DNA from: a virus
Taxonomy: Duplodnaviria; Heunggongvirae; Uroviricota; Caudoviricetes
Virus record (IMG/VR): IMGVR_UViG_2690315994_000027
Location: 1-13,542 of that record
Direction: 5' to 3' (one strand)
Length of the DNA stretch: 13,542 bases
A program made the position numbers and the translations under genes. The notes beneath the pieces are model-generated. The model searched no databases. It had not been told where the DNA came from and saw only the letters and a program-made list of their open reading frames with translations. Shown one piece after another: positions 7,508 to 13,470 of this stretch. Within the stretch, counting starts at the first letter, position 1. Each line of letters opens with the position of its first letter.

Positions 7508-7691
7508 TTGCTTCTGTAGCGGCATGAACAACTGTTTTTGCCGCCTCTTCAACTTCCTTGTCTGGACGACCAGCCTTTACTTTTTCTGCAATGACATCCA
7601 GCACAGTTGGAAGAACCTTGCTAATAAGCATGGCTGCCACATCTTTGCTGCACAATTGACCGTTAATAACAACCAGATCTTCACCAACCAT
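7473..7691 (-). CDS. Hypothetical 72-aa protein, first gene downstream of the predicted leftward early promoter
   Basis: ATG at 7691 with AAGGGG and 7-nt spacing; A/V/E/K-rich composition; the track's longer version begins with TTG at 7748. 3' end overlaps the convergent 64-aa ORF by 35 bp. Confidence 0.4.
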   Translation of the reverse strand: MVGEDLVVINGQLCSKDVAAMLISKVLPTVLDVIAEKVKAGRPDKEVEEAAKTVVHAATEAIILKSLVSPKP

Positions 7692-7865
7692 CTTTTTTCC
7701 CCTTAACGCCGGGTGGCGGAACGTTTTATCTACTGCGCTTTGTATCAATCAACAACTGCCGTCATGTTCGTATGCCTCAGGCTGGCTACTTAGCCCTGTT
7801 CAGTGGCTGGATAACTCGAGGAATTGTCCAGCCGTTCTCTGGTGGGGCGTTGTTTGGATATGCTT

Positions 7866-7894
7866 ATTAAACACAATACGTTTTCTTATGTCAA
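7866..7894 (-). promoter_or_regulatory. Predicted leftward early promoter (pL analogue)
   Basis: Minus strand: perfect -35 TTGACA (plus 7889-7894), 17-bp spacer, -10 TTTAAT (plus 7866-7871); overlapped by two copies of the operator-like motif. Confidence 0.5.
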
Positions 7895-7907
7895 CACGAA
7901 ATGTGTT
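7870..7907. promoter_or_regulatory. Two operator-like 15-bp sites (OL analogue), centres 23 bp apart
   Basis: AACACGAAATGTGTT at 7893-7907 (palindromic arms AACAC/GTGTT) and AACACAATACGTTTT at 7870-7884; same motif and spacing as at the rightward promoter. Confidence 0.45.
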
Positions 7908-7936
7908 TTGTGGTGGATGTCATATGATGATGGTAC

Positions 7937-7960
7937 AAAAAAGCCCGCTGATAGCGGGCT
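7937..7960 (-). terminator. Intrinsic terminator of the repressor gene
   Basis: Stem GCCCGCT 7943-7949 / AGCGGGC 7953-7959 with 3-nt loop; on the minus strand followed by T6 (plus A6 at 7937-7942); 32 nt downstream of the repressor stop. Confidence 0.7.
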
Positions 7961-7990
7961 GATTGGCATATTACTGTGATAGCAAGATCA

Positions 7991-8410
7991 TTACTCCGGT
8001 GGGGGATTATCTTTAAGCCTGCCTCTCAAATATTTTTCTACATACTCATCGATTTCTTTTAGCCGGACTTCAAATAGCTCAATCATTCGTTGTTGTTCTG
8101 AGCCCGGTAGCTGGTTAAACAACTCAAGAAGTTTTCGTTGGGATTCATTTAACCACAATTCAGAAGATTCCTGTTCTCCAAAGAGGAGCTCAGGAGGAGA
8201 TATGCCAAGTGCCTTTCCCAATACGACAGCGTCATGCACTCCAACATTTCTGCTGCCCGCCTCATAGTTACCTATACGCGATTGCGTCCATCCGCAGATT
8301 TCAGCAAGTTTTCCTTGAGATAAACCAAGCTTCTGCCTGCGCTCTTTAAGACGCATTGCAATTTTGTCATTGAGCCTACTAGCGGCAATTTTTTCGTTTT
8401 CTTTTTCCAT
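7991..8410 (-). CDS. Phage repressor, XRE/Cro-C1-type HTH, no S24 peptidase domain
   Basis: 139 aa; HTH segment LKERRQKLGLSQGKLAEICGWTQSRIGNYEAG; divergent from the Cro-like gene; no Ala-Gly / Ser...Lys autocleavage module recognisable in the C-terminal half. Confidence 0.85.
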   Translation of the reverse strand: MEKENEKIAASRLNDKIAMRLKERRQKLGLSQGKLAEICGWTQSRIGNYEAGSRNVGVHDAVVLGKALGISPPELLFGEQESSELWLNESQRKLLELFNQLPGSEQQRMIELFEVRLKEIDEYVEKYLRGRLKDNPPPE

Positions 8411-8421
8411 TGCATCCTTGT

Positions 8422-8436
8422 ATCACGAATCGTGAT
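8422..8436. promoter_or_regulatory. Perfect 15-bp palindrome ATCACGAATCGTGAT in the repressor leader
   Basis: 7-bp arms around a central A; 12 bp upstream of the repressor start codon; different sequence from the AACAC-type motif. Confidence 0.45.
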
Positions 8437-8444
8437 TTACATAA

Positions 8445-8488
8445 AACACAAAACAGCTTGACCATATAACACAAGATGTGTTTAAAAT
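8445..8488 (+). promoter_or_regulatory. Predicted rightward early promoter (pR analogue) with two operator-like sites (OR analogue)
   Basis: -35 TTGACC 8458-8463, 17-bp spacer, AT-rich -10 region 8481-8488 (TTTAAAAT); near-perfect palindrome AACACAAGATGTGTT 8468-8482 in the spacer and a weaker copy AACACAAAACAGCTT 8445-8459, centres 23 bp apart. Confidence 0.5.
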
Positions 8489-8506
8489 TGTCATCGGAGG
8501 TTTTCA

Positions 8507-8749
8507 ATGAACAAAATTTCAACATATCGAAAACAGCTTGGGCTGTCTCAAAGACAACTTGCTGTTCAGTTAGGGTGGATACAAAGCCGACTGGCAAATT
8601 ACGAAGCAAATTTTCGTACCCCTGGACTAGAGGAGTGCAGAAAAATTGTTTCTACCCTTAATCGGCTTGGCGCTCATTGTGGACTTGACGATGTATTCCC
8701 CCCAGACGGTAAGCATAGCGAAAACAGCATAGGAGCGGTTGATTCATGA
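8507..8749 (+). CDS. Cro-like HTH (XRE family) protein, 80 aa (YdaS-like position)
   Basis: HTH segment YRKQLGLSQRQLAVQLGWIQSRLANYE; GGAGG 6 nt upstream of the ATG; divergent from the repressor; stop overlaps the next gene start (ATGA). Confidence 0.8.
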   Translation: MNKISTYRKQLGLSQRQLAVQLGWIQSRLANYEANFRTPGLEECRKIVSTLNRLGAHCGLDDVFPPDGKHSENSIGAVDS

Positions 8750-9168
8750 AAATCAGGCATGAGCACATCGAATCAGTGTTGTTAGCCCTGGCAGCCGAAA
8801 AAGGGCAGGCGTGGGTCGCTAACGCAATTACTGAAGAATATCTGCGCCAGGGGGGCGGCGAATTGCCCCTTGTACCAGGCAAGGACTGGAACAATCAGCA
8901 GAATATCTATCACCGTTGGTTGAAAGGTGAAACGAAAGCGCAAAGGGAAAAAATTCAGAAACTGATCCCTGCGGTTCTGGCAATTCTTCCGCGCGAGCTG
9001 CGTCACCGACTCTGCATCTTCGATACCCTGGAACGCCGTGCATTACTGGCGGCGCAGGAAGCGTTGAGTACGGCAATTGATGCGCATGATGATGCAGTCC
9101 AGGCCGTTTACCGGAAAGCACATTTCAGCGGTGGTGGGTCGCCCGGTGATTCTGTGGTGGTGCATTGA
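8746..9168 (+). CDS. ydaT: YdaT-like protein (140 aa), positional and reported functional analogue of lambda CII
   Basis: MKIRHEHIESVLLALAAEKGQAWVANAITEEYLRQGGGELPLV...; length and sequence match my recollection of Rac YdaT; ATGA coupling to the Cro-like gene. Confidence 0.75.
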   Translation: MKIRHEHIESVLLALAAEKGQAWVANAITEEYLRQGGGELPLVPGKDWNNQQNIYHRWLKGETKAQREKIQKLIPAVLAILPRELRHRLCIFDTLERRALLAAQEALSTAIDAHDDAVQAVYRKAHFSGGGSPGDSVVVH

Positions 9169-9226
9169 AGGTGGGGAACTATGCCGAATCGTATTTATTC
9201 GGCATTGGAAGATGTGTTATGTGCGA

Positions 9227-9442
9227 TTACGATTTTTTACCTGTTGCGCATTCATACGCTTTTGTAAGTGCGCTTATGAGCCCTGGAACATTTGCTATAG
9301 GTATATTCACTGATTCAGCAATTCCATATTCTGGATCAGGACTATTAGGGCATTCGTCAACGGTGATTATGAGCGCGTCAATTTCTTCGGTGTATTCAAC
9401 TGTTATTTGAGATTGGTGGGGGGCGGCGATAAATGTTTGCAT
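9227..9442 (-). CDS. Hypothetical small acidic protein (71 aa, about 10 D/E versus 3 K/R), opposite strand to the flanking replication operon
   Basis: ATG at 9442 preceded by AGGAGGAAGG; fills the otherwise empty 290-bp gap between ydaT and the O-like gene; predicted own promoter at 9507-9536. Confidence 0.45.
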   Translation of the reverse strand: MQTFIAAPHQSQITVEYTEEIDALIITVDECPNSPDPEYGIAESVNIPIANVPGLISALTKAYECATGKKS

Positions 9443-9460
9443 CCTTCCTCCTAAGGTTAA

Positions 9461-10276
9461 GTGGTTGTTATGTCGGCACTACCTTACATGCAATTGTATA
9501 TAGCTGATTATCTGGCAGATACCATGCATTTGTCTACAGAAGAGCACGGCGCGTATTTGTTGCTGATGTTCAATTACTGGCAAACAGGAAAGCCAATACC
9601 CAAAAACAGGTTGGCAAAAATTGCCCGTCTGACTAACGAGCGATGGGTTGATGTTGAACCATCCTTGCGGGAGTTTTTTTGTGATAACGGCGACGAATGG
9701 ATGCATCTTCGGATTGAGGAAGATCTGGCATCTGTCAGAGAAAAATTAACCAAAAAATCAGCCGCAGGAAAAGCATCTGTTCAGGCCAGAAGAAGCAGAA
9801 AGGAAGCAGATGTTCAAACAAAACAAGAGAGAAATTTAACAGGTGTTCAAACAGATGTTGGAGTGGTGTTTGAACATGATGCCAACACAAAGGCAACTAA
9901 TAAAGATACAGATAAAGATCTAAAAACAGATCCCCCCCTAAATCCCCCCCGGGGGAATCGAGGTGTCAAAAAATTTGACCCTCTGGATATTTCTTTGCCG
10001 AACTGGATTTCTGTCTCGCTTTGGCGTGAGTGGGTTGAATTTCGCCAGGCATTGCGAAAACCGATTCGAACGGAGCAGGGCGCTAACGGGGCTATACGGG
10101 AACTGGAAAAATTCCGTCAGCAGGGTTTTACACCTGAGCAGGTGATTCGACACAGCATCGCCAATGAATACCAGGGCCTGTTCGCGCCGAAAGGTGTTCG
10201 GCCTGAGACGTTGCTCCGACAGGTTAACACCGTCTCGTTGCCGGACAGTGCGATCCCGCCAGGCTTCAGGGGGTAA
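9461..10276 (+). CDS. Replication initiation protein, lambda O-like / DUF1376 (YdaU-like)
   Basis: 271 aa; position immediately upstream of the DnaC-like gene; central low-complexity linker containing iteron-like repeats; start may be GTG 9461 or ATG 9470 (both have weak RBS). Confidence 0.75.
   Translation: MVVMSALPYMQLYIADYLADTMHLSTEEHGAYLLLMFNYWQTGKPIPKNRLAKIARLTNERWVDVEPSLREFFCDNGDEWMHLRIEEDLASVREKLTKKSAAGKASVQARRSRKEADVQTKQERNLTGVQTDVGVVFEHDANTKATNKDTDKDLKTDPPLNPPRGNRGVKKFDPLDISLPNWISVSLWREWVEFRQALRKPIRTEQGANGAIRELEKFRQQGFTPEQVIRHSIANEYQGLFAPKGVRPETLLRQVNTVSLPDSAIPPGFRG
9507..9536 (-). promoter_or_regulatory. Predicted minus-strand promoter inside the 5' end of the O-like gene (position of lambda pO/oop)
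   Basis: Minus strand: -35 TAGACA (plus 9531-9536), 18-bp spacer, -10 GATAAT (plus 9507-9512). Confidence 0.35.
9809..9930. other. Candidate replication origin inside the O-like gene: iteron-like repeats plus an AT-rich stretch
   Basis: TGTTCAAACA at 9811-9820 and 9844-9853, inverted copy TGTTTGAACA at 9867-9876, followed by the AT-rich segment 9885-9930; analogous to lambda ori within gene O. Confidence 0.4.
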
Positions 10277-10282
10277 CGGACC

Positions 10283-11029
10283 ATGAAAAATATTGCGACA
10301 GGCGGCGTTCTGGAACGCATCCGCCGACTGACCCCGCCACATGTAACCGCCCCATTCAGAACGGTAGCGGAGTGGCGCGAGTGGCAACTTGCTGAAGGCC
10401 AGAAACGTAGCGAGGAGATCAACCGCCTGAATCGCCAGTTGCGGGTGGAAAAAATTCTGAATCGCTCAGGCATCCAGCCGTTGCACCGTAAATGCTCGTT
10501 TGCGAATTACCAGGTGCAGAACGACGGTCAGCGATACGCGTTAAGCCAGGCGAATTCCATCGCCGATGAACTGATGACCGGGTGTACAAATTTTGCGTTC
10601 AGCGGAAAACCTGGTACCGGGAAGAATCACTTAGCGGCAGCTATCGGGAATCGCCTGCTGAAAGACGGTCAGACAGTGATTGTGGTTACCGTGGCTGATG
10701 TTATGAGTGCCCTGCATGCCAGCTATGACGACGGGCAGTCAGGCGAAAAATTTTTGCGGGAACTGTGCGAAGTGGATCTGCTGGTTCTTGATGAAATTGG
10801 CATTCAGCGCGAGACGAAAAACGAGCAGGTGGTACTGCACCAGATTATTGATCGACGGACAGCGTCGATGCGTAGCGTGGGAATGCTGACAAATCTGAAC
10901 TATGAGGCCATGAAAACATTGCTCGGTGAGCGGATTATGGATCGCATGACCATGAACGGCGGACGCTGGGTGAATTTTAACTGGGAGAGCTGGCGTCCGA
11001 ATGTCGTCCAGCCAGGAATTGCGAAGTAA
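10283..11029 (+). CDS. DnaC-like helicase loader / IstB-type AAA+ ATPase (YdaV-like)
   Basis: 248 aa; Walker [16 protein letters not shown], Walker B LLVLDEIG; 7 nt downstream of the O-like gene. Confidence 0.9.
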   Translation: MKNIATGGVLERIRRLTPPHVTAPFRTVAEWREWQLAEGQKRSEEINRLNRQLRVEKILNRSGIQPLHRKCSFANYQVQNDGQRYALSQANSIADELMTGCTNFAFSGKPGTGKNHLAAAIGNRLLKDGQTVIVVTVADVMSALHASYDDGQSGEKFLRELCEVDLLVLDEIGIQRETKNEQVVLHQIIDRRTASMRSVGMLTNLNYEAMKTLLGERIMDRMTMNGGRWVNFNWESWRPNVVQPGIAK

Positions 11030-11051
11030 TTTTTACCGGGAGAAAAATTTA

Positions 11052-11813
11052 ATGGAGACTGTTTTTGACGCACTGAAAGCAATGGGAAAAGCCACATCCA
11101 TAGAACTTGCTGCGCGACTTGATATCAGTCGGGAAGAAGTGCTGAACGAACTATGGGAACTGAAAAAGGCTGGTTTTGTTGATAAAAGCGCGTACACCTG
11201 GCGTGTGGCTGATAACAACGTTCAGCAGGAACAGCCAGCGCAGGCAGAACTGCCGGAAGAAACCACCACAGCAACAGTAGCGAAAATCTCAGAGTGCGAT
11301 TTAACCGCGACGATTGAACAACGCGGACCACAAACGGCTGATGAGCTGGCTACATTGTTTGGTACCACATCACGCAAAGTGGCTTCAACGCTGGCAATGG
11401 CAATCAGCAAAGGTCGTCTGATTCGCGTAAATCAGGGCGGTAAATTTCGTTACTGCATACCGGGCGATAATTTACCAGCAGAGCCGAAAGCGGCATCGGT
11501 AGCGGAAACTGATGGTAAAGCCTTTCCTCAGCCTGCATGTGTTGCGTTACCAGTACAGGAAGCTGCAACACAGGAAGATATTAAAACAGAAACTGTGGCG
11601 GACATTGTGCAGTCGCTGCCATCGTTCACCGAAACGCGATCGGATGACCTGATTTTACCATCGCTGCATATGGCAAACCGCGAACTGCGTCGGGCGAAAA
11701 GTCATGTCCAGAAGTGGGAGCGAGTCTGCGCCGCGCTGCGGGAGCTGAACAAGTACCGGGATATTGTCCGACAGATTGTAGATTCCTCCAGTCGTATTGT
11801 GTCGGAAAAGTGA
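11052..11813 (+). CDS. Hypothetical protein with two winged-helix-like segments (YdaW-like position)
   Basis: ATG at 11052 with GGGAG upstream (the track start at 11001 overlaps the DnaC-like gene); segments ...[29 protein letters not shown]... and ...[30 protein letters not shown]... look like wHTH recognition helices. Confidence 0.65.
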   Translation: METVFDALKAMGKATSIELAARLDISREEVLNELWELKKAGFVDKSAYTWRVADNNVQQEQPAQAELPEETTTATVAKISECDLTATIEQRGPQTADELATLFGTTSRKVASTLAMAISKGRLIRVNQGGKFRYCIPGDNLPAEPKAASVAETDGKAFPQPACVALPVQEAATQEDIKTETVADIVQSLPSFTETRSDDLILPSLHMANRELRRAKSHVQKWERVCAALRELNKYRDIVRQIVDSSSRIVSEK

Positions 11814-11828
11814 TTGCCGGAGGCGCTT

Positions 11829-12251
11829 ATGGCAAAAGTATTTACACCAAAAGATCGGGAAAAAATTAAAGGGCAGGTTGTTGAACTTGTACGTCTGAGC
11901 GGTCGCGAGACGTTACGGGCTCTGGAGGCTAAAACCGGTGCATCAAGGTATTACATAAGCACTCTCGCCAGAGAATTGGTCGCCAGTGGTGATGTTTACA
12001 ATTCAGGCTACGGATTATTCCCGTCTGAGCAGGCGCGTAAAGACTGGCAAAACGCCCGCAAAAAACTATCAAGGGCAAAGGTGAAGAAACCGGTTGTGGT
12101 TGATCCTGACCTTATCTGGTCATTACCAGACGGAGAAATACGTCGTTACAACAGACGACAGAACATAATCTGTCGCGAGTGCCGGAATAGTGAGGTTATG
12201 CAGCGAGTGCTGGCGTTTTATCAGGGGAGTTTTCAGGAGGTGGTGCTGTGA
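11829..12251 (+). CDS. Hypothetical protein, 140 aa, with an N-terminal winged-helix-like segment
   Basis: ATG at 11829 with GGAGG 5 nt upstream (the track start at 11814 is a non-ATG codon directly after the upstream stop); ...ETLRALEAKTGASRYYISTLARELVASGDV... Confidence 0.65.
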   Translation: MAKVFTPKDREKIKGQVVELVRLSGRETLRALEAKTGASRYYISTLARELVASGDVYNSGYGLFPSEQARKDWQNARKKLSRAKVKKPVVVDPDLIWSLPDGEIRRYNRRQNIICRECRNSEVMQRVLAFYQGSFQEVVL

Positions 12252-12308
12252 GTGAAATTAGCTATCAGGCTTCAATTGCCGCTGGCATTCGCATCAAAGG
12301 AGAGGTGC

Positions 12309-12665
12309 ATGGAAATAAAACCAGAAGATGAGTTAAGTAATATTGTTTTATTTCCGGTAAAAGAGGATGACCCACGTAATCAGGTTAATTTTCTTTATGA
12401 GCCATCGGAAAGACCATACTGCCATCACGCTTCTGTCCGGGTTGACGAAAAAGAGCGTCAGGTCCGCTGTAAAATCTGCGGTGCAGTTGTGGAGCCATTT
12501 GACTGGATGCTCTCTGTGGCGAAAAGAGAAACCAGGCTGGCAGATGATGTAAAACTATTGCGCCAGGAGGAACAGGAAAGGCGAAAAAATATAGAAAAGC
12601 TAATTCAGATTGAGCGTAACGCGAAAGCGCGGATACGCAGGGCGACAAAAGCCAGAACTGAATAA
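12309..12665 (+). CDS. Hypothetical zinc-ribbon protein with a basic coiled-coil-like tail, 118 aa
   Basis: ATG at 12309 with AAGGAGAGG upstream; C-H-H...C-x2-C cluster (PYCHHASVRVDEKERQVRCKICG) and a K/R/E-rich C-terminus. Confidence 0.65.
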   Translation: MEIKPEDELSNIVLFPVKEDDPRNQVNFLYEPSERPYCHHASVRVDEKERQVRCKICGAVVEPFDWMLSVAKRETRLADDVKLLRQEEQERRKNIEKLIQIERNAKARIRRATKARTE

Positions 12666-12760
12666 TTAAATTTAGCACTGCAAATAAAATTTAATCCTTA
12701 ACCGGAGGGATTTCTGCATCCTCAGAACATCAGGAGGCCGCCCGAAAGGGCGGTAGTTAA

Positions 12761-12943
12761 ATGTGAAAGTTTAAAATAATTATTGAAACGGGAATAGCCG
12801 GTGGAGATTTCGAGGATGAATTCGAAGTGGATGATGATGCGACGCCTGATGAAATATATGACGAAGCAAAAGATATTTTCTTTAACTACTGCAATTACTC
12901 ATATCACGAAATAAAAGACGAAGAGGAAGAACAAAATGGCTGA
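12761..12943 (+). pseudogene. Acidic small ORF with ATG-TGA at codons 1-2 (start-stop), then 58 sense codons in frame; possible nonsense pseudogene or non-canonical initiation
   Basis: SD AGGAGG 12732-12737, GNRA-loop hairpin CCGCCC-GAAA-GGGCGG 12738-12753, ATG 12761, TGA 12764; in-frame continuation KFKIIIETGIAGGDFEDEFEVDDDATPDEIYDEAKDIFFNYCNYSYHEIKDEEEEQNG ends at TGA 12941-12943, overlapping the next ATG (ATGGCTGA). Confidence 0.35.
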
Positions 12944-13112
12944 TTTTGGTTCAACTAAATACAACGTCAGTTTTGAAGAATGGCATGAACTGTTAATGGA
13001 CTATGCAGAGTTACGTGGTGGCAGTGCTGCTGATGCTGAAGCATGGCGTGATGATTATGAAGCAGGAAAAACTCCGGTCGAAGCATATTGTGATGAGTGG
13101 GGCGATGAATGA
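12936..13112 (+). CDS. Hypothetical small acidic protein, 58 aa, not in the supplied ORF track (<60 aa)
   Basis: Hand translation MADFGSTKYNVSFEEWHELLMDYAELRGGSAADAEAWRDDYEAGKTPVEAYCDEWGDE; GAGGAAG 6 nt upstream; stop overlaps the next gene start (ATGA). Confidence 0.5.
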   Translation: MADFGSTKYNVSFEEWHELLMDYAELRGGSAADAEAWRDDYEAGKTPVEAYCDEWGDE

Positions 13113-13468
13113 GCGAGATTAATTATCAGGAAGGGCATGAAAAGGCAGGGCAGGCAAAACCAGTGGCATGGCGATATCGCTACGTGAAAAAAGGCGTTAC
13201 GGACTTTCAGGAGAAGATGTGGGTTGGTGACTGGAAATATGTACCGACAAAAGAGGATTGTAACGACAGGCCGAACTATGAAATTCAGGCGTTATTCACT
13301 GCCCCGCCTGTGCCACTGACACCAGAAGGATTGATTAAAGCAGTGCGCTTCTATGAACTGGTTAAGCGTGAGAATCCGCCAGTTGAAACCGGAGCATGGA
13401 AAGACGCTGTTGACTGGGTGCTCAAAGAGGCTTGCCAGGCTGTAAACATTGGCATCAAAGGAGAGTGA
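13109..13468 (+). CDS. Hypothetical protein, 119 aa
   Basis: ATGA-coupled to the upstream small ORF; no recognised motif. Confidence 0.65.
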   Translation: MSEINYQEGHEKAGQAKPVAWRYRYVKKGVTDFQEKMWVGDWKYVPTKEDCNDRPNYEIQALFTAPPVPLTPEGLIKAVRFYELVKRENPPVETGAWKDAVDWVLKEACQAVNIGIKGE

Positions 13469-13470
13469 GA

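Noticed and set aside
7524-7706. 60-aa plus-strand ORF (MNNCFCRLFNFL...)
   Set aside because: Cys/Phe/Asn-rich composition typical of an antisense frame; the overlapping minus-strand 72-aa ORF has an SD. Kept only as an alternative reading (second half of a frameshifted sieB-like pseudogene).
7750-8506. LexA/SOS box in the immunity intergenic regions
   Set aside because: No CTGT-N8-ACAG element found by eye; not claimed.
9183-9203. Hairpin GCCGAAT...ATTCGGC sharing AATCGTATT with the SdsR terminator; considered as a secondary att core or duplication
   Set aside because: A 9-nt exact match is at chance level for a 13.5-kb window searched on both strands; no flanking similarity.
8379-9410. 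Overlapping ORFs 8379-8609(-), 8476-8661(+), 8658-8894(-), 8782-9006(-), 8828-9121(-), 9077-9313(+), 9165-9410(+)
   Set aside because: They cross the promoter/operator region or are shadow frames of the Cro-like, YdaT-like or acidic 71-aa genes; no RBS and implausible composition.
9479-11410. Minus- and plus-strand ORFs inside the O-like and DnaC-like genes (9479-9706, 9938-10387, 9963-10145, 10117-10473, 10707-10889, 10900-11097, 11033-11218, 11125-11331, 11222-11410)
   Set aside because: Shadow frames within well-supported replication genes.
11001-12308. Track start positions 11001, 11814 and 12252
   Set aside because: 11001 overlaps the DnaC-like gene; 11814 and 12252 are non-ATG codons immediately after the upstream stop codons; downstream ATGs with clear SDs (11052, 11829, 12309) are preferred.
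12367-12678. ORFs 12367-12552(+) and 12385-12678(-)
   Set aside because: Alternative-frame or antisense to the zinc-ribbon gene.
12801-12914. Alternative frame starting GTG 12801 / ATG 12816 (Met- and basic-rich 32-37 aa)
   Set aside because: Implausible composition (MMMRRLMKYM) and it ends before the coupled downstream start; the acidic frame is favoured although its start is unresolved.
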